In this document: positions 20,255-30,116 of the stretch, in pieces
Layout of the letters: the number at the start of each line of letters is the position of its first letter
How positions within the stretch are numbered: position 1 is the stretch's first letter
From: Candidatus Poribacteria bacterium
Lineage (GTDB): Bacteria > Poribacteria > WGA-4E > WGA-3G
Direction of reading: 5' to 3'
NCBI GenBank assembly: GCA_965205025.1
Contig: CBDBFU010000028.1
Coordinates: 160,001 to 224,000, forward strand
DNA: 64,000 nt
Made by a program: the position numbers and the translations under genes
The notes under the pieces: generated by a model
Told to the model about the DNA's origin: nothing
Database searches by the model: none
What the model saw: only the letters and a program-made list of their open reading frames with translations

Positions 20255-21202
20255 TTATTCAGATTTCTCACAGACAAAATCTGCTAACATGGAGATAAAG
20301 TTCGGATGGTCTCCAACAGTTTGTGCCCGGATAAAATCTATTCCGTTTTCTTTTGCAGTTTCTTTTGCTTCAATATCAAGGTCGTATAACACCTCAACAT
20401 GATCGCATAGAAAACCGATTGGTGAAACAACAACCGTATCAACACCTTGCTCCTTTTTTGTTTTCAACAGATCATTGATATCGGGTTGTATCCAAGGGAT
20501 AGGACTGTTTTCTACCTCACTTTGATAAGCTAATGTGAAGTCAGATTTTGCTAACATTGCTGTTGTTGCTTCGGCGGTTTTTCTAAACTGTTGTGTATAT
20601 TGTGAATTATCCGCGGCAGCCTGAGGAATTGAATGTGCTGTGAAAATAAGCTCGGATATCTCAAACTTATCCCCACATGCGGTCTTGATAAGATCTGCAA
20701 TTGCACTCACATATCCATCGTGCGTATACCATGGCTCAAGGTAATCAATTGTTATGTTCGTATTCTCAAGAGCATCAATACCTTTTTGGACGGCATTTTG
20801 ATACCATTCCCAACTGACTTTTGCTTGGTGTGGTGCCATAATAATACCGAGGATATTACGGTGACCTTTTTGTGCAATTTCAGCGATGACTTCCTTTAGG
20901 TAAGGTGTCCAATGTCTGAATCCTGCATAAACCGGTAATCGCAAATTCCGTTCTTCCAATGCATTTTGTAACGCTTTTGCTTGTTTATAGGTTAATTCGT
21001 TAAATGGTGAATATCCACCTAATTTAATGTAATGAGTTGAGATATCTCTAACCCGTTCTTTTTGTGATTCTGCATCCCCCGCAATCCCTTCAACAAAACA
21101 GTAGGCTTCCCCAGGACAAGAATTTATATTATACTTATTGCAACATCCCGGTGTTGGACCACCAAATGCGACCAGTAATACACAATCATAATTCATTATC
21201 AT
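20255..21202 (-). CDS. hemH: Ferrochelatase (probably coproporphyrin ferrochelatase, CpfC type)
   Basis: LLVAFGGP, GGYSP, FTAHSIP, AYQS..W..PD, PIGFLCDHVEVLYDLD. Confidence 0.92.
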   Translation of the reverse strand: MIMNYDCVLLVAFGGPTPGCCNKYNINSCPGEAYCFVEGIAGDAESQKERVRDISTHYIKLGGYSPFNELTYKQAKALQNALEERNLRLPVYAGFRHWTPYLKEVIAEIAQKGHRNILGIIMAPHQAKVSWEWYQNAVQKGIDALENTNITIDYLEPWYTHDGYVSAIADLIKTACGDKFEISELIFTAHSIPQAAADNSQYTQQFRKTAEATTAMLAKSDFTLAYQSEVENSPIPWIQPDINDLLKTKKEQGVDTVVVSPIGFLCDHVEVLYDLDIEAKETAKENGIDFIRAQTVGDHPNFISMLADFVCEKSE

Positions 21203-21205
21203 CTC

Positions 21206-22663
21206 CTATGTCATATTAGCAAATTGTGCTGGCATGAAACCAGGATCAGTATCAATTGCCTGTTGAAAAGCTTCACGAGCGAGGGTTTCATTTCCATTTG
21301 TACGATGTGCTAACCCAATTGAAAAATAAGCTTGAGCAAGTTTCGTACCCTCAAGACCACTGACTAAAGCCTTATAGATGGATTCCACACCGAGGTTAGG
21401 ATCGTCTCCATTCCTGAAGGATGAGAGTATATGATTATATCCGTACAAAAGATGTGCAGGTGCGTATTCAGGATCTAATTCAAGTGCGATGTTTATAGCA
21501 TTTTTTGCTTCATAGAAAAAATCACCTTTCTCCAGAACACTGGACACCGTTCGGGATGCTTGTATAAGTGTATCCGCGTATTCAGTCCATGCTTCTGGTA
21601 GGTTAGAGAATTTCTCTGTGGCACTTTTCATAATGGCAATTGCTAAGCCTAAGTCGTCCCCTTCTGCAACTTCTTCTGCAGTCTCCCTATACACATCATA
21701 GTCTTCTAATTCTTTTGTTTTTTGGTGTAGTTTTTCAATATCTGCTTTAGGTATTGCAGAAGGTTTATAATGTTGCCATCCCGGTTCAGGATCATCAATT
21801 AATCCTCTGTAGACGCGTAAAATGGCATACCGAGGTGTTCCCCATACCTCAGCTATTTCACTTATCCAACCCGGCATGTTTGATTCCATGTCATTTAATA
21901 CATCTGATAAAGACAAGTCTTGCTCTACACGTTTACGGACTTCTGTAATGAAATATGATTCAATTTTAAGAAGTAAATCTATTTCCTCATCATGAGCTAA
22001 AGGACCGTGTCCCGGGAGAACATGATCTGGGGAATATGTCCTCAGTTCTTCAATTGTGTTAATCCAATCGTGATTCGCCATGAGTCCTTCATTCATAACT
22101 GGTTGTCCAAAAATCGGGAAACTCCCTGTCATGATGGTATCACCTGAAACAATACATCCTTCAGCTGGAATCCTAATGGCTGTAGCATCATCTGTTTCTG
22201 CTTTTCCTAAATGAATAAGGTGAAGCAGCTGATTTCCTAAATCGAGTTCTGTTTCGTATTCAAATGTATGTTGTGGAAGAAAAGGTGGATCTCCTAAAGT
22301 AAAACCACGGGAACGTAGAAATGCTTCCTGACGGGGAGCTCTATTAACCATAAAATCTTTGGTCAGTTCACGTGCTATAACAGTAGCACCCTCTTGTTGG
22401 AAGATTGTATTCCCATTTGTATGATCCCAGTGATAATGTGTATTGATGGCATAAAGAATCGGTTTATCAGTGACGGATCTAATAGCCGCAAGTAGACGTT
22501 TTCCCATCATTTGGTTAACTTGTGTATCAATTACCGCAACGCCATTATCCCCTATAATAATTGATGAGTTTACAATATTTCGAAACAGATAAACCCGATC
22601 TGTTATTTTAACGAGATGTCCATATTGTCGAGGGACAAAAGGATTTTCAATTGTCTTGTTCAT
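21206..22663 (-). CDS. MBL-fold metallo-hydrolase with C-terminal TPR repeats
   Basis: NTHYHWDHTNGN, SGD, PGHG; TPR-like AINIALELDPEYAPAH and AREAFQQAIDTDP. Confidence 0.85.
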   Translation of the reverse strand: MNKTIENPFVPRQYGHLVKITDRVYLFRNIVNSSIIIGDNGVAVIDTQVNQMMGKRLLAAIRSVTDKPILYAINTHYHWDHTNGNTIFQQEGATVIARELTKDFMVNRAPRQEAFLRSRGFTLGDPPFLPQHTFEYETELDLGNQLLHLIHLGKAETDDATAIRIPAEGCIVSGDTIMTGSFPIFGQPVMNEGLMANHDWINTIEELRTYSPDHVLPGHGPLAHDEEIDLLLKIESYFITEVRKRVEQDLSLSDVLNDMESNMPGWISEIAEVWGTPRYAILRVYRGLIDDPEPGWQHYKPSAIPKADIEKLHQKTKELEDYDVYRETAEEVAEGDDLGLAIAIMKSATEKFSNLPEAWTEYADTLIQASRTVSSVLEKGDFFYEAKNAINIALELDPEYAPAHLLYGYNHILSSFRNGDDPNLGVESIYKALVSGLEGTKLAQAYFSIGLAHRTNGNETLAREAFQQAIDTDPGFMPAQFANMT

Positions 22664-22671
22664 TAATGTTC

Positions 22672-23751
22672 CTAAAAACTTTTTGCGATTTTTACAAAAT
22701 GTTTAACATTTTCAAAAGGTGTATCTCTGTGAAGTCCGTGGCTTAAATTCAGTATATGTCCTATTTTTCCGCCTTGTTCTAAACAGGTGTGAACTGCATT
22801 AGATATATCAGAGAATGAACCATCCCTAAGTATATCGTTATCAACATTTCCTTGAAATGCGATAGAGCTATTTATGTCGGTCTTTACTTTCTTCAGATTC
22901 AAACATTTCCCAATGCTAAGCACACCCGCTCCACTTTGGTGCATCATATCAATATAAGGACACTCTTTAGCAAATAGAATAGCCGGGGTTTGAGAATTAA
23001 TAGCAGAGAAAATTCGTTGATGGTATGGTAGGGCAAATGTCTTGTATATTTCACTGGATAATACATCTGCGATAGATTCGAATAGTTGAACAATCTGAAC
23101 CCCTCGACTTATCTGAAAATTCAGATAATGTATCGTCATTTCTGTCAACTTATCTAATAAGCAATGCATTAAATTTGGTTCAGATTCCATCATTTGGAAA
23201 ACAGGTTTAGCTTTTTCTGATATCCCTTCACCTTTTTTCATAGGACTCTCTCCCGCTATAAGGAAAAAGGCAAGTGTTAATGGAGCACCTGCAAAACCGA
23301 TTAAAGGTAATTCACCATTCAGTGTTTCACGGAGGGAGTGTATGACATTACCCGTGTATTCCAATTGTATCTGTGGATTGTCAAGAGGTTTAAGTCCATC
23401 AATTTGTTCTTTGTTCCGTATAGGTGGATTCAAGAATGGTCCAGGACTAAACCGGAAGTGTGCCCCCATTGAAGCGAGTGGAGTCAGAATATCTTTATAG
23501 ACTATAATTGCGTCAACACCAATACGTTTTGGGAGGAGGGAGATTTCAACTGCTAAGTCCACATCGGTGTGTGAATCGGGACCAGGGCAAGTACGGAAAA
23601 GTCGCTCTAATGGTAGGTTTTTCTCTTGTCGTATCTTTCGATATAATGGATCTGATCTACCAGCTTGTCGCATCATCCAAACAGGTACACGTTCTACAGG
23701 TAGACATTTTGCAGCGCGGAGAAGTAGATCGTTTTGTAATTGTTGTTCCAT
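22672..23751 (-). CDS. hemE: Uroporphyrinogen decarboxylase
   Basis: PVWMMRQAGR, DAII..DIL, PLIGFAGAP, QGNVD, HILNLSHG; ATG 23751 chosen over the upstream TTG. Confidence 0.93.
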   Translation of the reverse strand: MEQQLQNDLLLRAAKCLPVERVPVWMMRQAGRSDPLYRKIRQEKNLPLERLFRTCPGPDSHTDVDLAVEISLLPKRIGVDAIIVYKDILTPLASMGAHFRFSPGPFLNPPIRNKEQIDGLKPLDNPQIQLEYTGNVIHSLRETLNGELPLIGFAGAPLTLAFFLIAGESPMKKGEGISEKAKPVFQMMESEPNLMHCLLDKLTEMTIHYLNFQISRGVQIVQLFESIADVLSSEIYKTFALPYHQRIFSAINSQTPAILFAKECPYIDMMHQSGAGVLSIGKCLNLKKVKTDINSSIAFQGNVDNDILRDGSFSDISNAVHTCLEQGGKIGHILNLSHGLHRDTPFENVKHFVKIAKSF

Positions 23752-23839
23752 ATTTTTAATGGATTTACCTTTACCGCGCTTTAATTGCAAGAAGTACTAA
23801 TGTTAATTCCCTAAACACAAGTGAAATATAATTACTCTA

Positions 23840-24168
23840 ACGAGTTGTGTTAAATAACTTTTAGCAACCAATAATTTCACATATATAATAGTTGATATGA
23901 ATATCCTACATTAGTTAAGACTTTCTTTAGTCCCGTAGGGACGGAATGTCTATAGAAAAACGTGTTTGACCACTATCTTGAGTCCCGTAGGGACGGAATG
24001 TCTATAGAAAAACGTGTTTGACCACTATCTTGAGTCCCGTAGGGACGGAATGTCTATAGAAAAACGTGTTTGACCACTATCTTGAGTCCCGTAGGGACGG
24101 AATGTCTATAGTAAAAAAACAAAATCCGTAAAAACAACAAATACATTTAGTTAACTGGCACAAGTCGT
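23840..24168. mobile_element. MITE with AC...GT ends and 7-bp TSD (IS982-like), carrying a 52-bp tandem hairpin array
   Basis: IR ACGAGTTGTGTTAAATAACT / AGTTAACTGGCACAAGTCGT; exact DR TACTCTA at 23833-23839 and 24169-24175. Confidence 0.75.
23929..24111 (+). repeat. 3.5 identical 52-bp tandem units with a GTCCC-GTA-GGGAC hairpin (REP-like)
   Basis: AGTCCCGTAGGGACGGAATGTCTATAGAAAAACGTGTTTGACCACTATCTTG at 23929, 23981, 24033; partial at 24085. Confidence 0.95.
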
Positions 24169-24196
24169 TACTCTAAAGTTTAGTTAGACAAATTCC

Positions 24197-24556
24197 TCAT
24201 TCTGTTATACGTTTTTTCTGATACCGTTCTATTAGTTGTCTTAATTTTGCATAACTCTTCACATTTTTCATGATTCTCCCACTTTCTCTTTCTTCAAGAT
24301 AGAGTAAGAATCCCATAAGGTATAGGCTTGCAAGGAACAGTATAAAACCGGAACAACACTGTACTAATGCCCCATGGTTAGAGAGGTTTAAATTTATGTA
24401 TGGGGTGACAATAACATCTTCGCTTAGTGAATCAGGTGATACCTGTTCTGGCCAATCGATTGAAACGAGGTCACCCCATCCAGTAATACCAATTGAGAGA
24501 AAAGCAATTGAAAGAGTAAAAACAATAAAGAACGGAATACCCATATCGTATACCAA
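24197..24556 (-). CDS. Hypothetical membrane protein (2 TM); start uncertain
   Basis: 119-aa ORF abutting the upstream dehydrogenase stop; two hydrophobic segments and a basic tail. Confidence 0.55.
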   Translation of the reverse strand: MVYDMGIPFFIVFTLSIAFLSIGITGWGDLVSIDWPEQVSPDSLSEDVIVTPYINLNLSNHGALVQCCSGFILFLASLYLMGFLLYLEERESGRIMKNVKSYAKLRQLIERYQKKRITE

Positions 24557-25627
24557 CTAAGAAGATACTTTTATCAGTCCCTTCGTACAACTATCTTCTC
24601 TATTACGAACTTTCGTGATACCTTCAACGAGTGAATCGAGTGGAAATTCATGACTAATAATCTTATCCATATCAACATCTCCACTTGAAATAAGTTGAAC
24701 AGCTTCTTCCCAAGTATTTGGTGCCAACCAGGAAAATCTAATTGTCTTATCCATAAGGATAGTATCAAGTATAGGAACCTGCATTACATCAGTATCCCCG
24801 GGGAGACCGAAGATTACGATTGTAGCGTGTCGTCCTGTAACTTCAAGTGCTGTATGGATAGCATCAAGTGAACTTGTAGCAGTTATAGCACGATCAGCCA
24901 ATTCACCTTCATTCATATCTTCAATCAATGCCCCAAGGTCTGCTACATAGTGTGGAGAATCGGTGTCTTTAACATTAACTACTTCATCTGCTCCAAGATC
25001 TTTACCACAATCAAGACGATAGTCGCGTGTACCTACAAGTAGCACGTTTTTCAATCCACGACTTTTCAATACCTGAACCATCATAAGACCTATTGGTCCT
25101 GGACCAAAAACAACAGCTGTCTGTCCTTCTTCTGCGTTAAGATTATTGACTGCATATAGTCCACATGCCAGTGGTTCGGTAAGAGCACCTTGATCGTATG
25201 TAACGTTGTCAGGTAATTTTACTGTCCAACGGTAATCAGAGACTGCATATTCCGCGAAACCACCATCGACACCTACACCCAATACACGTTTTTCCGGACA
25301 TAGGTTGGATAGTCCTTTTTTACTCCAAGATGATTCTGGGTTGGATTGTACTGGATTAACAACAACGCGATCACCAACCTTAAATCCACCAGTTTTTTCA
25401 GCTTCGTTTCCAACTTCAACGACTTCACCAGTAAATTCATGTCCGAGAATTAAAGGTCCTTTTCCATCATCGGTTTCAAGTGAACTGTTCCCAAAATAGT
25501 ATGCCACATCTGACCCACAGATGCCAACTGAACGTACTTGAACCAATAAGTCTGTATCGGACGGTGCGGGTACTGGTCTATCTTCAAGATTCATTGATTC
25601 TGGTTCATAGAATATTTGCGATTTCAT
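24557..25627 (-). CDS. Zinc-dependent alcohol/polyol dehydrogenase (MDR family)
   Basis: GICGSD, LGHEFTGEV, GDRV, GPGPIG; RBS GGAGG. Confidence 0.9.
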   Translation of the reverse strand: MKSQIFYEPESMNLEDRPVPAPSDTDLLVQVRSVGICGSDVAYYFGNSSLETDDGKGPLILGHEFTGEVVEVGNEAEKTGGFKVGDRVVVNPVQSNPESSWSKKGLSNLCPEKRVLGVGVDGGFAEYAVSDYRWTVKLPDNVTYDQGALTEPLACGLYAVNNLNAEEGQTAVVFGPGPIGLMMVQVLKSRGLKNVLLVGTRDYRLDCGKDLGADEVVNVKDTDSPHYVADLGALIEDMNEGELADRAITATSSLDAIHTALEVTGRHATIVIFGLPGDTDVMQVPILDTILMDKTIRFSWLAPNTWEEAVQLISSGDVDMDKIISHEFPLDSLVEGITKVRNREDSCTKGLIKVSS

Positions 25628-25747
25628 TTTATTCCTCCTTATATGAACAGAGTTAGTGTATCATACCTATACAAAATATACAATGTAATTCCTTGTATGT
25701 TTATAACTGATTTCGTGAGTTTTTTTGAATATCTCAGTATATTTAAT

Positions 25748-25902
25748 CAGGACTTACGCATTTCATCTTAAAGTCCCCCTGACAAGGGGCGGGGAATGCC
25801 CTAAGGCATTCATACCGTTGATTCTTTAGGGGGTTAAAACACTGAAATGACGGCTTTTTAAGTCAAATTTCACCTTTTTCTGCTTATATTGCGTAAGTCC
25901 TG
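25748..25902. mobile_element. MITE (13-bp perfect IR) containing a G/C-run hairpin repeat interrupted by a 35-nt micro-element
   Basis: CAGGACTTACGCA / TGCGTAAGTCCTG; flanks TTTAAT/GTTAAT; core AAGTCCCCCTGACAAGGGG[35 nt]TTTAGGGGG. Confidence 0.75.
25790..25824. mobile_element. 35-nt micro-element, copy 1
   Basis: CGGGGAATGCCCTAAGGCATTCATACCGTTGATTC; 33/35 identical to 55294-55328. Confidence 0.75.
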
Positions 25903-25917
25903 GTTAATATTCTTATA

Positions 25918-26760
25918 TTACAATAAATATTTCATTGTTAAGAATAGATAACGACTACAGAATTCTCCCATGAGGACTGTTATGATAGCTATGAAAAGAA
26001 ATCCTGTTGCAGCTCGCGTTGCCCCTACCTCATCGCGTTCAACAGACCTTGGTCGTAGACAATCCCATGTAATGAAATATAGGAGTAGTGTAGCAGCAAA
26101 ACCTAACCCTATTCGCATATAAAAAATCAATTTAATATGGAAACTAAAAGGTACCGTATTTGCTGCATGTGATCTAAAAAACAGACCCAGACAAAACAGG
26201 ACTATAGATACAATCAGCACGACTAATAGAGTTGTATTATATCTTCTTAATAAATGTACAGGTAATTCGGGTGTTACAAGATACCAATGTCCAAACCACA
26301 TACCAGTATGAACTATACCAATAAGTGCAGCGGAAATAAGGAATTGGAACGGTAAGATAAAATGTATTACCGGTAATTGCACCTGATTAATGTATGTTAA
26401 GGCACTGATAATAATCAAACCACACCCACAAAATGACCCACCACCAAATAACAGCATTCTGATAATTGGATACTTGAACCACCAGCTGATAGTATAGGCA
26501 AAAAGTAATAGGAAAAATACGATTATCAGAATAGCTTCTGTATCTTCCCAGTAGAAGAAGAAATTTGAGATACTTACAGACTGCTGATGTAGGTATAGAT
26601 TAGCACACCTTGCTAACCCCACAACAAGAAGATATATTCCACCCATAAGACGATAAAAGTTTGCACCAACTACACCTTTGGGTATAAGGATAAGTACGAC
26701 AAACCCACCAACAGACAGTTGTGTGAATACAAGGTAGAAGATTTCGCTAATACTAAACAT
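25918..26760 (-). CDS. Polytopic membrane protein of unknown function (possibly DmsC/NrfD-like)
   Basis: About 8 TM segments; FTQLSVG N-terminus and GMWFGHWYL motif. Confidence 0.6.
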   Translation of the reverse strand: MFSISEIFYLVFTQLSVGGFVVLILIPKGVVGANFYRLMGGIYLLVVGLARCANLYLHQQSVSISNFFFYWEDTEAILIIVFFLLLFAYTISWWFKYPIIRMLLFGGGSFCGCGLIIISALTYINQVQLPVIHFILPFQFLISAALIGIVHTGMWFGHWYLVTPELPVHLLRRYNTTLLVVLIVSIVLFCLGLFFRSHAANTVPFSFHIKLIFYMRIGLGFAATLLLYFITWDCLRPRSVERDEVGATRAATGFLFIAIITVLMGEFCSRYLFLTMKYLL

Positions 26761-26765
26761 AGTTT

Positions 26766-26802
26766 AAAAGAAACCCCATTATAGTAAAACCATAATGGGG
26801 TT
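26766..26802 (-). terminator. Intrinsic terminator after rplL
   Basis: AACCCCATTAT / ATAATGGGGTT stem with a T-rich tail on the minus strand. Confidence 0.75.
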
Positions 26803-26854
26803 CAGATACTTAACTATAGAAGGTTACCTTCATATATGAAGGTCTGATTTTATA

Positions 26855-27253
26855 CTATATGATTTCGACTTCAGCACCGACAGCTTCAAGTTGCTCTTTA
26901 GTTTTCTCTGCGTCTTCTCTGCTTAAACCTTCTTGAATAACAACAGGAGCAGATTCAACTTTCTCTTTTGCTTCCTTCAAACCAAGTCCTGTGATAGAGC
27001 GTACCTCTTTGATAAGAGGAATCTTCTGACCACCGATCTCTTTGATTTGTACATCAAATTCGGTTTTTTCAGCAGCTTCTTCACCCTCACCATCTGCTGC
27101 TGCCCCTGGCGCAGCAGCGACACCTGCTACTGCCATTGCAGGCATGGCTGAAGCACTAACTCCAAACTTTTCTTCAAGAGCTTTAACTAATTCAGACAGT
27201 TCTAAGACCGTCATTTCACTAATCTCATCAATGATTTTTTCTAAATCTGCCAT
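26855..27253 (-). CDS. rplL: 50S ribosomal protein L7/L12
   Basis: [38 protein letters not shown]. Confidence 0.97.
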   Translation of the reverse strand: MADLEKIIDEISEMTVLELSELVKALEEKFGVSASAMPAMAVAGVAAAPGAAADGEGEEAAEKTEFDVQIKEIGGQKIPLIKEVRSITGLGLKEAKEKVESAPVVIQEGLSREDAEKTKEQLEAVGAEVEII

Positions 27254-27284
27254 TTTTCAATCCTTTCTAAGAAAATTACAAAGC

Positions 27285-27845
27285 CTATTCAGCGGCTTTC
27301 TTTTGTTCGGCGACCTGTGTTAGGACAGATGTCACCTGACCGATTGTATTATTTAGTACATTCACAAACCCTTGTATCGGTGATCCATTGTTAAGCACAT
27401 TTACAAGTCCATATAGAGGAGCACCTATTCCACCAATTGTTTTAGCAATAAGTTCATCTTTTGATGGCATATCTTGTAGTGCTTTAACACCATCAGCATC
27501 AATGACTGTTGATCCAAGAATGCCACCTTTAATTTTTAAATTTTCATGCTCTTCAATGAAATCGTATAGTAATTTACTCGATGCAGCAGGATCATCACAC
27601 CCTGCAAGAGCAGTGTTACCTTTTAAGTATGGCGCAATACCTTCAAGTTCTCTTTCTTGCGCAACGACATTAATTAACGTATTCTTACAAACCTTATACT
27701 GGATATTAGCATCACGAAGTCGTTGGCGTAAATCGTTAACCTCCGCAACAGTTAGTCCTTGAAAATCTGTAAGAAGAATGACATCCGAACTTTCAAAAAG
27801 CTCGCGAATTTGTCCAACCTGCTGAACATTAGCTTCATTCGGCAT
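27285..27845 (-). CDS. rplJ: 50S ribosomal protein L10
   Basis: DFQGLTVAEVNDLR, VCKNTL, KIKGG; position between rplA and rplL. Confidence 0.95.
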   Translation of the reverse strand: MPNEANVQQVGQIRELFESSDVILLTDFQGLTVAEVNDLRQRLRDANIQYKVCKNTLINVVAQERELEGIAPYLKGNTALAGCDDPAASSKLLYDFIEEHENLKIKGGILGSTVIDADGVKALQDMPSKDELIAKTIGGIGAPLYGLVNVLNNGSPIQGFVNVLNNTIGQVTSVLTQVAEQKKAAE

Positions 27846-27884
27846 AGGTTAGCTCCTTTCCCAATTTGGCTATTTCATCCGAAA

Positions 27885-28016
27885 TAGAAAAACCCCCATT
27901 GGACTGGAGGCTTGACTCAACTACGGAAAGTAAAATGTTCTACTACCTAAGTAGTATTCAATGAACTCAATCCGAGTCTCGGTAGGTAATTAAGCCAAAG
28001 CCCCTACTTTCTACAA
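27885..28016 (-). promoter_or_regulatory. L10 leader (autoregulatory RNA) with attenuator-like hairpin
   Basis: Minus strand GTAGAAAGTAGG...TTAA..CCTACCGAG resembles the L10-leader core; then AAGCCTCCA-GTCCAA-TGGGGGTTTTT. Confidence 0.7.
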
Positions 28017-28069
28017 CTCTATTCTGGTATGATAAATATAGTTTAAACCTTAATTATGTACCGTATGTA

Positions 28070-28182
28070 TGAAGATTAAGAAAATATTTCGGTAATTCTA
28101 ATTTTACCAAACCTGGTAGGTGCGGTTTCCTAACCGCACTGGATCTTTCTTTAAAATTACCGAATTTAAAAATTAATCTACA
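28070..28182. mobile_element. TG...CA-ended MITE shell with REP-A core, inserted in a hairpin loop
   Basis: TGAAGATTAA / TTAATCTACA, inner IR TCGGTAATT / AATTACCGA, core GTAGGTGCGGTTTCCTAACCGCAC (28116-28139); homologous to 55233-55378. Confidence 0.75.
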
Positions 28183-28280
28183 TATATACGGCACATCTCC
28201 AATTTTTTTGGATTATTTGATTAATATCTGCATGTATGTGTTCTGGTATAGATAATAAGTTAATTTGGACAATTAAGTGT

Positions 28281-28979
28281 TTATGTAAATTGCTGTGGAT
28301 CTATACGAATACCAACACCCATTGTTGATGAAATTGCTACACTTCTAATATACCGACCTTTAGTTGAGGATGGACGTGCCTTCACAAGAACATCCATAAC
28401 TGTCGTCAGATTATCCTTAATTTGGCTTTCTTCAAAGGATGTCTTGCCAATAGGAACATGTACGATCCCTGATAAACGTTCAACACGATATTCAATTTGT
28501 CCTGCCTTAATATTTTGAAGTGTTTCTGTAATATCCATTGTAACCGTTCCGGCTTTTGGGTTCGGCATAAGTCCTCTTGGACCCAGAACTCTTCCTAATT
28601 TTGGCATAATACTACGCATGAGATCAGGGGTAGCAATTGTAGCATCAAATTCAAGCCACCCATCAGTGATCTTATCAACAAGTTCATCTGATCCAACAAA
28701 ATCTGCACCTGCTTCTTCAGCTTCTTTAGCTTTATCACCTTCAGCAAAAACAACAACTCGAACAGATTTTCCTGTACCGTGTGGTAATGCAACTGTTCCA
28801 CGTATATTTTGGTCAGCGTCCCTTGCATCTAAACCAAGTCTGGATGCCAAATCAATGGTTTCATCAAATTTCGCTGTACTTGTTTTTTTCAAGAGTGATA
28901 CAGCCTCGTCAACTGTATATAAACTAAGTCGATCAACATTCTCCTGAATATCGTTATATCGTTTTCCTCTTTTCGCCAT
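28281..28979 (-). CDS. rplA: 50S ribosomal protein L1
   Basis: [36 protein letters not shown]. Confidence 0.97.
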   Translation of the reverse strand: MAKRGKRYNDIQENVDRLSLYTVDEAVSLLKKTSTAKFDETIDLASRLGLDARDADQNIRGTVALPHGTGKSVRVVVFAEGDKAKEAEEAGADFVGSDELVDKITDGWLEFDATIATPDLMRSIMPKLGRVLGPRGLMPNPKAGTVTMDITETLQNIKAGQIEYRVERLSGIVHVPIGKTSFEESQIKDNLTTVMDVLVKARPSSTKGRYIRSVAISSTMGVGIRIDPQQFT

Positions 28980-28986
28980 TTTACAC

Positions 28987-29032
28987 TCCAAGTTCATTTA
29001 ACCTATTCATCCAAGTTCATTTAACCTATTCA
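28987..29032. repeat. Exact 23-bp tandem duplication upstream of rplA
   Basis: TCCAAGTTCATTTAACCTATTCA x2. Confidence 0.9.
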
Positions 29033-29089
29033 AATGAATAAAACCTATAATGTATTCATAGTCTATTATTTGATAGATTAACCAGTTAT

Positions 29090-29512
29090 TTAGTTTATAT
29101 TCAATCCCATGCTTCGTGCGGTACCTTCAACCATTCGGACAGCTGCTTCAATGTCATTTGTATTGAGATCAGGTAATTTCGTTTGAGCAATCTCTCGGAT
29201 CTGATCACTGGAAACCGTTGCGACTTTATTTCGGTTTGGTTCTCCCGAACCTTTAGCAATTTTTGCTGCCGATTTAAGCAATACTGCAGCAGGGGGCGAT
29301 TTCACTATAAAGGTAAAAGATCTATCGCTATAACATGTAATGATCGTGGTAACAACCATTCCAGTTTGCTGCTGTGTTTGTGCATTGAAGGTCTTAATAA
29401 ACTCCTGCAGGTTGATTGCATAAGGTGCTAAACTCGGACCGACGGGAGGCTGTGGTGTTGCCTGACCAGAAACCAATTGAAGTTTGACTACACCTGCTAC
29501 TTTTTTTGCCAT
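29090..29512 (-). CDS. rplK: 50S ribosomal protein L11
   Basis: [30 protein letters not shown]. Confidence 0.97.
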   Translation of the reverse strand: MAKKVAGVVKLQLVSGQATPQPPVGPSLAPYAINLQEFIKTFNAQTQQQTGMVVTTIITCYSDRSFTFIVKSPPAAVLLKSAAKIAKGSGEPNRNKVATVSSDQIREIAQTKLPDLNTNDIEAAVRMVEGTARSMGLNIN

Positions 29513-29543
29513 TATCTTACTACTCCGTTACTTCTAAATAAAA

Positions 29544-30116
29544 TTAAAGTCTTTCAACCCCTAAGAACCCTAATTCAAGAGGGGTTGAACGTCCAAAAAT
29601 TGAAATAGAAAGGCTGAGTCGCTGCCTTTGCATATCAATTCCGAGTATCTCAGCAGTAAAACTACTGAAAGGCCCTTCAATAACACGTACTTTATCACCG
29701 ACAGAGTAGGTAATCTCAGGCATAGGTGCTTCTTCTTGTACGGTGGAACTATGTAGCATGCGTTCTATATCTTCTGCCCCTAAGGGTGTTGGATTGGCAT
29801 TCCCTAAAAAATTCATTACCCCCGGCGTTTCTTGGATAAACGCCCAACTCCTTTGACCGATTCCATTATCAACGTGAGGACCAATTTCATGTAAACAGTT
29901 TACAAGAACATATCCAGGATAAGTTGGTGATGTCCTTTCCTTACGTTTTCCGTCCTCATTCTTCACAGTGGTAGACATAGGTACGTTAATCTGGAGAATC
30001 TCCTCGCGAAGTTCTTTATCGGAATCAGAATCCGATGCAAGTCGTCTTTCTAAATTAAACTGTATTTTCTTTTCATGTCCAGTATATACCTGAACAATAT
30101 ACCAGAATCCGCTCAT
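29544..30116 (-). CDS. nusG: Transcription termination/antitermination factor NusG
   Basis: WYIVQVYTGHEKK, YPGYVLV, TPGV..FLG, KOW VGDKVRVIEGPF, IFGRSTP. Confidence 0.95.
   Translation of the reverse strand: MSGFWYIVQVYTGHEKKIQFNLERRLASDSDSDKELREEILQINVPMSTTVKNEDGKRKERTSPTYPGYVLVNCLHEIGPHVDNGIGQRSWAFIQETPGVMNFLGNANPTPLGAEDIERMLHSSTVQEEAPMPEITYSVGDKVRVIEGPFSSFTAEILGIDMQRQRLSLSISIFGRSTPLELGFLGVERL

Noticed and set aside
23828-23855. dif-like site (TTGTGTTAAAT resembles the XerD arm)
   Set aside because: No XerC arm at 6-bp spacing; the sequence is explained as the MITE left IR
23929-24111. CRISPR array
   Set aside because: Would-be spacers are identical, no cas genes are present, and the array lies inside a TSD-flanked MITE
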